Below are positions 49,401-59,745 of a DNA stretch of 64,000 nt, one piece after another. How positions within the stretch are numbered: position 1 is the first letter of the stretch; the number at the start of each line of letters is the position of its first letter. The translations under genes and the position numbers were made by a program. Origin of the DNA: a virus; the IMG/VR virus record IMGVR_UViG_3300032092_000013, positions 34,613 to 98,612 of that record, one strand, 5' to 3'. Under the pieces are notes generated by a model that saw only the letters and a program-made list of their open reading frames with translations, was not told the origin of the DNA and did no database searches.

Positions 49401-49719
49401 CAATACAAATGTATTAACTGCAAGTTATATTGATCCCGTTCAAAAAATATATGCACTCTCGTCATATTCACCCACATGGGGGTGGTCATTAGTATTGCCA
49501 AATCAATACAGCCCAGTTGATATAACAAAATATTACACATTTTATGACTTCATATCATCACCTTCATTGGAACAAATAGAAGGTATAATTAACTGGAGTG
49601 ATAAATTTACTACCATATCAGAAACAGTTTCATCATATTCTGATTGGTGGAACATAGCAGAAAATGTTATTACCAGAGAATTGATGTTGGGGTTAGAATT
49701 ATTGTCTTCAAATTCTTAA
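46414..49719 (+). CDS. Large baseplate protein (gp7-like position) with PKD and beta-propeller domains
   Basis: WDFGDGT PKD motif; DGNGDIWV, DTNNNAWV and DGNLWF propeller blades; TAATG-coupled to gp6. Confidence 0.7.
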   Translation: MNTPDYRFLYFDVLDYTNSHTTSGYTLPITPFTFLPKFDSGDDKSVSNTRILWDFGDGTTSRDITASHYYKIPGTYSVKCYFYGASGIGYESSFCQNILVKDYISDTLVLSAKNNAIIRASHYENPFILTRFNSWQTYNSLSSQGASITLHVSGNSAPLLDFESYQNDKYAHLKSSSRFVVIEFNELLSSYDAIPVNEIFTKNNKEIYVKLDSNKNIVFCNSSDLGSVIAGTSGQRTIYYTDDYSKSPQGSVIPQTLITASFNFKNFYDNDSIKYNINSDYTVLNSLYTVSYAPRIYPQDKLGCIKFSANGIDSEGNFNTSTFNIGKNKFVGQKIPFIAKLKDEDNFSSKSWPKFTLKKEDERLSQNSIKFYLKDTNTNVIIPSAFDIYEDYDEFDTYDKLGFFKGYIIPKIPVKNATICCDFNSTSESFYIANTEHVIVTNPQSTYLFKFDLAYNIIDNLIIESNVIKTLFDTSSLSGMYASIIVPRYESNSIEYNYWTIDSDQDLVAKIDIENNIITTINLSSGSSPSFLAADGNGDIWVTLYDSISVCKLSSSGDILFYTVPDLLNQDYSSNTFYISQNGAAGSNSILPAIVDIDTNNNAWVAYNYTLSSFICVYDTNGNFKTRINIDYPFIANGIICTSKGISWVLLKNLNNNGFDSLLKINQTNYQKSIYNFDYKLWDFTNDIDGNLWFTANTNQIVKFDTTFSEISLFTTLTSVSGQSIDCNFNGIATTTQRDLLVFDNVDREIKVLKIDDTTGSPETNLKRIKLDGISTTGFYQNFINSKGDSTGFRYSEKYLNGPVFFTKIGCCSNQFDIYPTAGEYDIAKLNENFDMHAQLKNFAFQETLRDSTTLIDDFFKSILGTTEEDPKQLGKKIYEKIANFVDNNVFIDTCNVEKLNALHKMLNENLYIFNTYNFPSNITRLLDLFSIKLSKLKGFRNQFNENFDTKGYNNDNDIYGKNLGEELNFLTATLTAGIDKSIIAYERFSKNYTICNTNVLTASYIDPVQKIYALSSYSPTWGWSLVLPNQYSPVDITKYYTFYDFISSPSLEQIEGIINWSDKFTTISETVSSYSDWWNIAENVITRELMLGLELLSSNS

Positions 49720-49737
49720 AGTGCTCTAAATATTTTT

Positions 49738-52548
49738 GTGTCCACGGGTTTATTAGAATATTTGCCATTGCCTAGAAATTCTATTACTTCAAATAGAATT
49801 AATGACCCACTAGCAAAAGATTTTAGAGAAGTATTCTCTTTCTATGATTTTTTACAAAATCAAGAAACACGCCTAACACCACAACAATATAATGCAGCTT
49901 ATAAAAATTATCTGAATGTATGGTCAGATGTCAAAAAAAGCAGCGAATCTGAAAAAGTTCAATTAATAAAAGATAGATATGTTGAATTATTGAAGGATAT
50001 AAGTTTGAATTATCTTTCTTTTGAAGAAAAGAGATTTTTAAAATTAGCAGATTTTAATGATCCGCAAGACTTAGATATCATATTACCACTCTATTCTAAA
50101 AAGATAATTGATATATGTAAGTATCATACAGAAAAAAGAGAAAAAACAAAACATGCCACCAACAAAAATCAAGAAAGAGGAACAAAAAATTCAATTGAAC
50201 ACGCCATTCATAGTTCCCTGACTGACTATGTTTTTGTAGGTGATGATAATAATTTAAATTATAATTTTCCGAAATTAAATGTAGATGAAATAATCCGCTC
50301 ATTAGATATTGAAATTGAAGAATTGATAGATGTTTATACAACCTATCTAGATAATGATCCTAATTTAGGATATGAAAATTACGATACAAAAAATGAGCTA
50401 AGAAAGGAATTATTCACTTCTAATTCAAATGATATTGATGGTAATTTATTTTTAGATTTTGATGCTGCTACTAGAAAATACATATTTGACATATTATCTA
50501 TTTTTTTAAAAGAAACAGGTCATGTATTTTCAATTAATTATGACATTACAAGGGTCAATTTAAATTGTAAGTCAGGAGACAAACTATATGATTTAGTAAC
50601 AAAATACAAAGACTATGCCGAAAACATTTTAGAGTTAAAAAGTGAATTAATAAAAAAATTTATCGGTACTGATTTTTATTATATAAAAACCGGTGATTCT
50701 ATAAGCGATATTACAACAGGAAAATTATTTGAAGCATATAATCCATCAGGTAATCTTTTAAACAGGCATTTTCCGAGTACCGCTTCTATTGAAGAAGATT
50801 CTCAATTAATTACCTTGAGAAAATTGGGCTTATTTTTCAGACCAGAGAAAACAGGGTTGTTATATTTTTCAGTTCCGAAAAATAATTATCAAATTGATTA
50901 TTCTAAATTAGAACCCAATAAACTTTATATATATCCAGATCCTAATAGATATGGAAATACAGTCGGATTAACAAATAATTATTATAGCGATTATCCTCTA
51001 ATACATACTCAAGATTATACACCGGTCATAAAGAATGTATCAAACGGATTTGCAAATGGTGATATTTTTTCAAATCCAACCGAGCAAAATTTCTTCGGTT
51101 ATATTGCTAAAAATCAATTAGCTAATTCAAAAGTAATTAATAAGAAGGGATTGGAGTTAAATTTTCTTTCGTTATCAAATAAAGGATCCATATCAAGATG
51201 GAACAGTGATATTTTCGGAAATCAATTCGCATTATTCGAACCAACAAAATTTAAATCATATACAGACAAAAGATCTTCATTAAATGAAAATCTCACAACA
51301 TATAATGTATATGATGGCGGAGTTATGTTATTTGATGATGATACACAGTTATCTGTATTGTGTTCATCAGATAAAGCAGGATGGCCTGGATTCATATTTT
51401 CATCGAGATATTACTATAACATACTTTTAGAGGGTGGTATAGGGGGCATTGTAAGTGGTGTAATGATTAGACCCATAAAAGCGCCTAGGCTTTATGATGG
51501 GTTATTATTCACAACACCAGCTTCTGCTACATATACGTATGATATATGTTTAACAGCATCGGGATGGACTAGTTATGACCTGTTAATAGATTGCGGTTTT
51601 TATACAGATGCAATTTCTTATGAAGCATCATTTTCTTTTGGATATATATTATCTTCTATACAATATAAAGAACTAGACGGTGGTAGTATCATTCAAGATG
51701 AAGTATATAGTGAATTTGATAGTACAAAAAATATTTTATTAAAAGAATTGCAAAATGATAGATATACAAAAACAACTAATGCTATATCTATCACAGGCAA
51801 AGAAATTTATGTAAGAAACATAAAAGATAATACAGTATCTAATATAAGAGATTCATTTTCTGATATATTGAAAAAATATAACTATCACACATCACTTTCT
51901 TCTGAATTAATTTATAATATAGAAGATTTTAATGTATATACTGATATTTTATATATACGTACTAGCAATTATGCTATATTTGAAAAATATAAATTTGACG
52001 GATCATTTAATCCAGCTAACACACCTTCAAGTATATTGAGTGGAAATTTATCAGAACCGTTTTTCTTTGAAGATAAAAATTATTCTTTAATTTGCACACT
52101 AGAAATATCAGGTTCAAATATACTATCTAGTAATATAATACCAAATTTTTATAAAATAAATTATAGCAATACGCAAATAGAAAAAATAGATTACGTTTTA
52201 ATCGATGGTTTATCGGCCGACATATTTACAAATCCGTTACCCGTAGTTTATACCAGAGTATCAAAACCAATTTTGACATATAATAGCAGAAATAAAATCT
52301 ATGCTATAGCATCTACACTATTTGATAATAATAATATACCATATATCTATCAAATATTTTTTAAATTTGATAATATAACCATTAATATTTTGAATACAAA
52401 TTTAATTTGTTTGATGAAAGAAAAAACATATAAAACCATCGACATATTAAATGATGAACATGATGTTCTATTCAATTTCAATCGTTTAAATCGTGCTTGC
52501 AAAATAATAAAAAATACTAGTGAAAGGAGTTTAGAATTCTATGAATAG
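49738..52548 (+). CDS. Large virion/baseplate protein with a cluster of DGG-like motifs
   Basis: GTG start 5 nt after TAAATA; ERGTKNSIE resembles the gp7-type KGT motif; YDGG, LEGG, IDCG and LDGG peptides. Confidence 0.6.
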   Translation: MSTGLLEYLPLPRNSITSNRINDPLAKDFREVFSFYDFLQNQETRLTPQQYNAAYKNYLNVWSDVKKSSESEKVQLIKDRYVELLKDISLNYLSFEEKRFLKLADFNDPQDLDIILPLYSKKIIDICKYHTEKREKTKHATNKNQERGTKNSIEHAIHSSLTDYVFVGDDNNLNYNFPKLNVDEIIRSLDIEIEELIDVYTTYLDNDPNLGYENYDTKNELRKELFTSNSNDIDGNLFLDFDAATRKYIFDILSIFLKETGHVFSINYDITRVNLNCKSGDKLYDLVTKYKDYAENILELKSELIKKFIGTDFYYIKTGDSISDITTGKLFEAYNPSGNLLNRHFPSTASIEEDSQLITLRKLGLFFRPEKTGLLYFSVPKNNYQIDYSKLEPNKLYIYPDPNRYGNTVGLTNNYYSDYPLIHTQDYTPVIKNVSNGFANGDIFSNPTEQNFFGYIAKNQLANSKVINKKGLELNFLSLSNKGSISRWNSDIFGNQFALFEPTKFKSYTDKRSSLNENLTTYNVYDGGVMLFDDDTQLSVLCSSDKAGWPGFIFSSRYYYNILLEGGIGGIVSGVMIRPIKAPRLYDGLLFTTPASATYTYDICLTASGWTSYDLLIDCGFYTDAISYEASFSFGYILSSIQYKELDGGSIIQDEVYSEFDSTKNILLKELQNDRYTKTTNAISITGKEIYVRNIKDNTVSNIRDSFSDILKKYNYHTSLSSELIYNIEDFNVYTDILYIRTSNYAIFEKYKFDGSFNPANTPSSILSGNLSEPFFFEDKNYSLICTLEISGSNILSSNIIPNFYKINYSNTQIEKIDYVLIDGLSADIFTNPLPVVYTRVSKPILTYNSRNKIYAIASTLFDNNNIPYIYQIFFKFDNITINILNTNLICLMKEKTYKTIDILNDEHDVLFNFNRLNRACKIIKNTSERSLEFYE

Positions 52549-53134
52549 AAATTCTTATAATATAACAACACATTTAAATGGTTTGTCTGGTATAGAAACA
52601 CTAGATACAAAAGTTTTTAATTCACACGAAATAGAATTTAAGTTTAATTTTATTTCATATCCAAATGTAGATTTAGTAAAAATGAAAATTACTTTTGATC
52701 AAAAAATTAGGGTATTTGAATTTAATGAAATATTAAGTAATTTTATTTTAAAAAAAGAAACACCATACGAAATTGAAAAGAGAGATATTGCGACTATAAA
52801 ATTATTTTATAGCAATTTTAAAACATACGAATATCAATTTCCTATGATTTTTATACCCCCCTCAATTTTAGAAGATTTTGATGGTTCTATTATTCAGAAT
52901 GCACAATTTTTGGATACTATTGAAAATGATGATTTATTTTTTGTTATGAAGAATAGCAAAAATCAATATTTTAATTTTAGATCAGGTTCAAATGTTGTTT
53001 CTTATAGAAAAGCTTTGGAGCAACAAACAATACCGCCAACGCCAATAATCAGTGCTACACTATCTACTAATACAGGTTTTGTATCAGCAGACTTATTGAC
53101 TGAATTCAATGAATACATTGAAGTGAATACTTAA
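52541..53134 (+). CDS. Hypothetical virion protein
   Basis: Overlap-coupled; C-terminal LLTEFNEYIEV peptide. Confidence 0.55.
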   Translation: MNRNSYNITTHLNGLSGIETLDTKVFNSHEIEFKFNFISYPNVDLVKMKITFDQKIRVFEFNEILSNFILKKETPYEIEKRDIATIKLFYSNFKTYEYQFPMIFIPPSILEDFDGSIIQNAQFLDTIENDDLFFVMKNSKNQYFNFRSGSNVVSYRKALEQQTIPPTPIISATLSTNTGFVSADLLTEFNEYIEVNT

Positions 53135-53147
53135 CATAAATAGAAAT

Positions 53148-53555
53148 ATGAGTTTATCTTCTGTAGAAATTAAAAGTTTGCCGATAACAGATGAAATTTT
53201 AGATTCAGATCTTATTATCGTTGAAAAACAAAATTATACAGCAGCTGCCCCCGGCGGATTAATTAAAAATTACTTTATAAAAGAAATAAATGAAGTAATA
53301 ACAACTAATACATACTCAGCTGATGAAGTTACATTAACATTATCAGCTAGTGAATTTAAAGTAAAAGATGGTGGTATTGGGTTGGATCAATTATCATCGG
53401 ACGTAGTAGCCCGATTGGGTGGTGGTACCACATTGACAGGAAACCTCAAAACCTATACAAACCCAGTCACATCATCAGGTAAATTTTTAGAAATATCTGT
53501 TGATGATGGCGGTACATTTAGGCAATATGGTATTAGATTATATGAATTGCCATAA
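53148..53555 (+). CDS. Small fibre/decoration protein
   Basis: IKSLP...SDLIIVE N-terminus, a DEVTL...VKDGGI repeat, and a C-terminal knob similar to that of ORF 60823. Confidence 0.6.
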   Translation: MSLSSVEIKSLPITDEILDSDLIIVEKQNYTAAAPGGLIKNYFIKEINEVITTNTYSADEVTLTLSASEFKVKDGGIGLDQLSSDVVARLGGGTTLTGNLKTYTNPVTSSGKFLEISVDDGGTFRQYGIRLYELP

Positions 53556-53587
53556 GTAATTTTTTCTTCTAACCATTAAATACTTGT

Positions 53588-55807
53588 GTGCGCATTTTTC
53601 ATCAAAATGAAATATTAGAACCTCTTTTTACCAAATATGTCGGTGACGATGATTTGGCATTTAAAACCAGAAAAATTACATCACAAGACGGTTTTTATTT
53701 TCATGATGAGCATTATCTCAAAAATGTAAAAGATCAAAGCATTAATAATTATTCAAATTTTATATTAACTAATAATATAAAAAACGATGATGTTTTTGAA
53801 TTAAAAAATATAAAATATAATTCACCAGTTACTTTTTGTTCATCAATAAAATTTAGTAATGAAAAATATTTAAAGATAAATGTAGCTACACAAAAACCAG
53901 AATTTGATACAAAAAATGATAGATATACATCATTTGAAATTTTTCTTTTATCAGAAAATCTTTGTCAAATTTATTTCGTAGATGGATTTGATATATACTA
54001 TCTTAGCTACGAATCGGGTAATTTTACTTTTTCTAAAAAATACAATTTTAGCAAATCCATATTTCAATATATAAAAAATAAAAATGTATTTTATTTTCTA
54101 AAGAAAATTTCTAACAATCTAAAAACATTATCTATTAGAAATGATCAGTTTGTGCTATCTGATGATATATATTCATCAAATCCAGCTACATTAAATTTTT
54201 ATTTGCAAGATTTTAACTTCAATGCAAACACTTCGTGGGCTTCTTATGAGAAAATCAATAAGAATAAATTATCTGTAAATCCAGAAAATTCAATTTTAGA
54301 TTGTTCGAACAATATTTTAATATATAACAATTATACCTATATATCTGGATCAGAAATTGAAGCCAATTTTTTAACATTGAAAAATCAACACAGTGTTAAA
54401 AATTATAGCTATCGAGCAGACAATTTAAATAATACAAATCCCGGCGTACCAAATATTGAATTGAGAAATTATAATTCATTAGATACAGGATTAAATCAAG
54501 AATTAGGATTTGATTCAATCGTATTATCATACGATACGTATAATAGTGACTATATTTTTAAGGCAGACAGATATACACAATTTCAAATGCCAGATAGTTT
54601 ATATCCATTTGAACAACTCAACATTAATGATTCATTATTATTTAGAAATGGTGCTATAGCTGGTGATACGCCTTATCATTCAGACAAGGTATTTTTCAAA
54701 GACATTAGAACTGGTGTTTCAAATGCAAAGTATTTGTGTACTTGGTTATCTGGCGATGAAAGAAGGGCTGTTTGGGTTGATAGATACTATTATCCAGAGA
54801 AGACACCATTTGCATCCGCATTATCGACCACGCCTGATTTGGCGTTTTTGGATAAAATTGAAGAATATTTAAATACCACTTTAGCACCATCTGCTTATTA
54901 TGATAATTTTATTTGGCAAACATCTATAGGAGAAGAAATAGATTCTACACCACAAAAAATTAAAGATGCCATTTGGGGTGAAGTATTTTTTGATAAAATA
55001 AGTGATGTTATTTTAGCTCCCAATCAAGAATATGTTTATCATCGACTTGGTGAAAAATATGCAGATCAAATATTAAATGCATTATCTGCTTCTTTATTAT
55101 CAGATGGATTATTACCAATTAGGCGCTACGATGGGTTTGAATTTATTTTTGATCAAGCATCTGGTGATATAACATATGAATTCACTGGCAATGAATACAC
55201 CCTTATAGATAATTACAGAAAAATTAATAATACTAATGAATTTACATTAGCATTTTCAATGAATTCTAATAATTGGGAATCAGGGTTCGGGCATGAAATC
55301 ATGGGTTCATTTAATGATCGGGGATTTGGCGTATTTTCGGACGAAAAAATAACGCCTTTTATTATGGTTCAAGATATCAGAGAGAATAAAATATATAATA
55401 CATCATTTCAAGAAGGCAGAACAGTTGACATCTATAATACATCGTTTCAAAAAATAGATTCTGTTTACTTATCACAAGATGAACTTGATGTCCAAGCTTT
55501 GTCGTCTCAAACTAATAATGACAATATAGCAGTGACAACAACAGTATATATAACTTCATTCTTAGTAAAAGATTTGATTAGAACAGATCATTTAAATTTC
55601 TTCTCTCCTACTATAAGAAATTATGACATTGATTCAATATCTAGAAATGATGTTATTATTAATAGAAGAGAATGCGGCATCCTTTATACAAATGAAGACG
55701 AAATATCTAGAATACTATCGCCCAATAATGTATTTGGATTTGATAATACGGAAATTACAAAAATTCAAATTGAGCAATGTAAATTCAAAACACGCAAATC
55801 AAAATAA
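53588..55807 (+). CDS. Large virion protein containing the first half of a LamG-like domain
   Basis: YLCTWLSG, WVDRYYYP, FTLAFSMNSNNW; GTG start 5 nt after TAAATA. Confidence 0.6.
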   Translation: MRIFHQNEILEPLFTKYVGDDDLAFKTRKITSQDGFYFHDEHYLKNVKDQSINNYSNFILTNNIKNDDVFELKNIKYNSPVTFCSSIKFSNEKYLKINVATQKPEFDTKNDRYTSFEIFLLSENLCQIYFVDGFDIYYLSYESGNFTFSKKYNFSKSIFQYIKNKNVFYFLKKISNNLKTLSIRNDQFVLSDDIYSSNPATLNFYLQDFNFNANTSWASYEKINKNKLSVNPENSILDCSNNILIYNNYTYISGSEIEANFLTLKNQHSVKNYSYRADNLNNTNPGVPNIELRNYNSLDTGLNQELGFDSIVLSYDTYNSDYIFKADRYTQFQMPDSLYPFEQLNINDSLLFRNGAIAGDTPYHSDKVFFKDIRTGVSNAKYLCTWLSGDERRAVWVDRYYYPEKTPFASALSTTPDLAFLDKIEEYLNTTLAPSAYYDNFIWQTSIGEEIDSTPQKIKDAIWGEVFFDKISDVILAPNQEYVYHRLGEKYADQILNALSASLLSDGLLPIRRYDGFEFIFDQASGDITYEFTGNEYTLIDNYRKINNTNEFTLAFSMNSNNWESGFGHEIMGSFNDRGFGVFSDEKITPFIMVQDIRENKIYNTSFQEGRTVDIYNTSFQKIDSVYLSQDELDVQALSSQTNNDNIAVTTTVYITSFLVKDLIRTDHLNFFSPTIRNYDIDSISRNDVIINRRECGILYTNEDEISRILSPNNVFGFDNTEITKIQIEQCKFKTRKSK

Positions 55808-55810
55808 TAT

Positions 55811-57232
55811 ATGACATTACCTTATACATCAAAGTTTTATTCCAATGGTGCTATTTTCGATTCCTTCGGTTCATTAGATAAAACCTATTTGTCATATTAT
55901 GTTGAAGGAGATATACTATATTATTTGTATGAAAACAATGAATGTTATGGTATTGATTTGAGAACAGAAGAAATTTCATCTATAGAAATTTTAGCACCAA
56001 CTGAAATTTTAGAAGGTGATATAGTTTCATCATTATCATGCAGTACTATAGTAGCAAAAAATGGGTCAGTATATGGATTTGATGGATATCACGCCAAACT
56101 CTTCCGGGATGAATATGTGCTTTATAAGAAAGGAAATACAGAATTGTGGAGAGAGAGCTTAAATCACTCTACTAAGGATTTACTTTTATCATCCACTTCT
56201 CAGATTAGAGATTTTATTATTGATGATGATGATAATTTTTACGTTATACATACAAATGCAAAAATTTCCAAATTCAATAAGTATAGGGAAAATATATTCA
56301 CATTATCAAATACACAATCTGCTCTTAGCTCAGCCATAGAAAATGCCGAATTTATAAAATTGGATTTGATTAGAGAGTATGATGAAAATGGGTTGTCTTT
56401 TTACCCAGTCTTATTGGGAAATAATGTCGCCGGCAGGCATTTCTTAGCTAAAATAAATGAAGCTAATTTATCTTTTGAAAACGTAACATTAATCGATACA
56501 CATGGGACATATCAAAAAGAAGGTGCACCTAGGAGAATAAATTATAATCTTTCAAATTATGATTATTTAAAACATCGCTTCAAACAAAAAAATATAATCA
56601 ATTTTAAAACACGTCTCAAAAATATATACAATAATAAAAATATATTAGATTTAGAAATACCTGTTGATATTAGTCAATTTAAAAACGGAGAACATCATTT
56701 CGTATTCAGACTTAACACAAAACAAGGAAAGATTGATTTATTTGTAGACGGTACACTGTCTTCAAGTATAGATTTTCCTAAAGCTGATTTTACATTCCAG
56801 GATATCACACAAGATTCATTTGCTGTTGGTACAACATACTTTTATAATAATATAACATTACCGCAACATTTAAAACAAACCAAGCATTATATGCTTAATA
56901 ATTGCTCTATTAAAAATTTTAAATTATATGATAAAGCAATTTCAAATGATGAAATTAAATTTTTATTAATTAAATCACAAGGTGATTCAGATTTAATTAC
57001 ATCATTGCCTTCAGGACATCGTAATGAAATAGAGCAAGTAGAACGCATATTCACAGTTAATACACCAGGCAATAAAAGTAATAAAGTAAATATTATCATT
57101 AAAAATAGCAACATCAATAATTCTATAATCAGGGAAAATGTAAAAAATATTATTCTTGAAAAGATTAATAAAATTTTACCTGTTGGTGTTACTGTAAATG
57201 ATGTAGTGTTCAAAAACACAGACATTAAATAA
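55811..57232 (+). CDS. Virion protein with propeller blades and the second half of a LamG-like domain
   Basis: HHFVFRLN...IDLFVDG...IKNFKLYDKAISNDEI; in frame with the upstream ORF across a single TAA. Confidence 0.6.
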   Translation: MTLPYTSKFYSNGAIFDSFGSLDKTYLSYYVEGDILYYLYENNECYGIDLRTEEISSIEILAPTEILEGDIVSSLSCSTIVAKNGSVYGFDGYHAKLFRDEYVLYKKGNTELWRESLNHSTKDLLLSSTSQIRDFIIDDDDNFYVIHTNAKISKFNKYRENIFTLSNTQSALSSAIENAEFIKLDLIREYDENGLSFYPVLLGNNVAGRHFLAKINEANLSFENVTLIDTHGTYQKEGAPRRINYNLSNYDYLKHRFKQKNIINFKTRLKNIYNNKNILDLEIPVDISQFKNGEHHFVFRLNTKQGKIDLFVDGTLSSSIDFPKADFTFQDITQDSFAVGTTYFYNNITLPQHLKQTKHYMLNNCSIKNFKLYDKAISNDEIKFLLIKSQGDSDLITSLPSGHRNEIEQVERIFTVNTPGNKSNKVNIIIKNSNINNSIIRENVKNIILEKINKILPVGVTVNDVVFKNTDIK

Positions 57233-57237
57233 AATTA

Positions 57238-59121
57238 ATGGATCTTTATCAGATAAAATACGGATATACGGAGGGTGATGATTTATTTCTCGATAGAAGA
57301 AATTACAAAGGTTTTTATAACGTATACAATGATGGATCCGTATATACTGGACAATACAGAGATGCCAATTCCAAATTATTAGAATCTAATGATAATTATT
57401 CGGGTGATCTAATAACATCAAATTTCTTTAGTGATAGAACATTGTTAAATGAATATAAATTACCACACAGTAAAAATGATGTTAGATTCGACACTAATGA
57501 ATTGGTGAATTGTGCTACTATTAATACAAAATTAAATTATATACAACAAAATTTAATTTACATTTACTCTCGATTATTTTTCGGCAGTACAGATGTGCCA
57601 TATCAATATAAAAAAGTTGCTGCTATAGAAAAAAATAGCACTATTTTTACGTGGCATACTGCTAGAAATGGTACAGATTCTGCACCTTTCAGCTTCTCAT
57701 ATCAACCGTTTTTATCTACTAATACATTATCAGGTTTTGAGGAAATGGATAAGCTTAAAAAGTTTATTGTTTTGCCACAAAACAAAACAAATAATACATC
57801 TATATTAGCAATCACAGACACGCATTTGATTGGTTTGACGTCGAACCAGACATTTACCAATATAGATATTGTACTATATGAAAATGTTATTGATAATAAT
57901 TCTTTTGAAAGGTGTCAAAATTTAGAAGACCTTACTTTTGATGGAAAATATCTGTTTGTAACAGATTCGCAAATCAATAGCGGCGGTCAGGTTTTTAAAT
58001 ATGATATACTTTCGTATTTTACAGGTGATCGTGCTTATGAATATAAGAGATTTTTAATTAAGCCTATTGGCGGGCTTGGCCAATCAAAAAATAAAAACAA
58101 ATTTAATGGTTGTGATATAATTGGATCCAAACCTGGCTTTGTTTTTGTAAATGATTCTAAGAACAAAGTGATCAAAGTATATGATTCTAATTTTGTATAC
58201 AAGAGAACATTGAAATATAAAATAAATTATATCGTAAAAGATATTAAATGGAGACAGTTAAATGATTCTGTTTATGTGCTATTCAATATTGGTGATCAAC
58301 GACATTTATTAAGGGAATATAAAAACGATTTCACATACATAGATTATATTTTTGAGGATTCTTTATATAAAGAAACAGACTTTGAATTTAAGAGAGTGTG
58401 TTTTTCAGAAACAGATTCGAATGTATTTTATCTTGTAACTAATACAAATGTTTATAAGAAATTCTTTTCAAATCCAGAAAAAACATTTGCAACTTTTACT
58501 AGATCAAAATATGGACAAGATCCAAATTTTGCATGGAAATTTCAAACAACCAAATGGAATCAACAAAAAATAAAATGGTCGTTCGGCGCTGAAAAGAAAC
58601 GATTCAATTTATCTGATATAGATATATTAAATCTCGAAGATGGAAGAGACACTCTTTTCGTATTAGCAGAAAGTCAAATTTTACAATTTAAAGAAAAAAC
58701 ACTTTATAATACGGTATTAAAAAATACAAAAATACCATATTTCAGAACTAAAGATGTTTTATTGGCGATATCAGAAAATGTTCAGGCTTTGGTCTTTAAT
58801 AAAGAATTATTTAAAATTTATTCAAATATTATTCAATTAAAGAATAATTTAAAAGGTAGATTTTATTACAAGTATGACAAATATGGTGATCTGAATTATA
58901 ACAATTACATATCGTTATTAGATGAAGAAATACATCGTCTAAATGTTGAAATTAATTTTGATACTAGAATCAATGATAATGAATTAGTAGTACCGCAAGT
59001 ATTGAATAGAATATTTGAAAAAATTATTGATTTGGAAAATGCATTATTCGAAATGACAGAACCATATATACCTAATTTTAGGAATTTACCTACGATAGAC
59101 AATGTTGTATACATTGACTAA
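57238..59121 (+). CDS. Virion protein with NHL-like beta-propeller repeats
   Basis: DGKYLFVTDS, VFVNDSKNKVIKVYD; late promoter at 57226-57231. Confidence 0.6.
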   Translation: MDLYQIKYGYTEGDDLFLDRRNYKGFYNVYNDGSVYTGQYRDANSKLLESNDNYSGDLITSNFFSDRTLLNEYKLPHSKNDVRFDTNELVNCATINTKLNYIQQNLIYIYSRLFFGSTDVPYQYKKVAAIEKNSTIFTWHTARNGTDSAPFSFSYQPFLSTNTLSGFEEMDKLKKFIVLPQNKTNNTSILAITDTHLIGLTSNQTFTNIDIVLYENVIDNNSFERCQNLEDLTFDGKYLFVTDSQINSGGQVFKYDILSYFTGDRAYEYKRFLIKPIGGLGQSKNKNKFNGCDIIGSKPGFVFVNDSKNKVIKVYDSNFVYKRTLKYKINYIVKDIKWRQLNDSVYVLFNIGDQRHLLREYKNDFTYIDYIFEDSLYKETDFEFKRVCFSETDSNVFYLVTNTNVYKKFFSNPEKTFATFTRSKYGQDPNFAWKFQTTKWNQQKIKWSFGAEKKRFNLSDIDILNLEDGRDTLFVLAESQILQFKEKTLYNTVLKNTKIPYFRTKDVLLAISENVQALVFNKELFKIYSNIIQLKNNLKGRFYYKYDKYGDLNYNNYISLLDEEIHRLNVEINFDTRINDNELVVPQVLNRIFEKIIDLENALFEMTEPYIPNFRNLPTIDNVVYID

Positions 59122-59129
59122 ATAGTATC

Positions 59130-59741
59130 ATGCCGCAGAATTTAACGGATCAAAATATTGATGAAACTTTTGCAGGATTGCTGCATGCACAAGGTACACA
59201 ACTGCCTACTGCAAATCAAGTTGATTTATATGATGGTGTTGGAAATAAATCCTCTCTTAAGATAGGCCGTGTAAATAATGGTGCAACAGTATATGGTGGT
59301 GCTAATGAATCGGGATTTACTGTTTTTGGCGATATATCTGCTACCGGCAGAACAACAACAGGTCACATGGAAGCCCTATCAGGATCTACATCACCAAATA
59401 TTCCAAAAGCATTTGTGACTTTTCACGGTATTGATGGCACAGTAGTGACAAAATATGGTGTCGATAATATTACTAGAGCATCTGCTGGTAGATATAAAGT
59501 GAATTTATCTTCTGAAACTACTGCTTTATTGGGCCCAACAACAGGAGATAGTTACCATATACAAGCATCTATGACAATAGGTGATGCAGAATTCTTCGGA
59601 GGCACTTTAAAAATATATAATATAGTCGCTAGTAGTGAATCTACTAATGAAGAAGTGGATATTAGATGTATAAAATTGGATAGTGGTACTACTAATTACT
59701 TTGACCCAAGACACGTTCATGTAACAATTTATAAAGCTTAA
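59130..59741 (+). CDS. Short fibre/receptor-binding-like protein
   Basis: YDGVGNKSSLKI; C-terminal KAFVTF...ITRASAGRYKV domain. Confidence 0.6.
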   Translation: MPQNLTDQNIDETFAGLLHAQGTQLPTANQVDLYDGVGNKSSLKIGRVNNGATVYGGANESGFTVFGDISATGRTTTGHMEALSGSTSPNIPKAFVTFHGIDGTVVTKYGVDNITRASAGRYKVNLSSETTALLGPTTGDSYHIQASMTIGDAEFFGGTLKIYNIVASSESTNEEVDIRCIKLDSGTTNYFDPRHVHVTIYKA

Positions 59742-59745
59742 ACTT

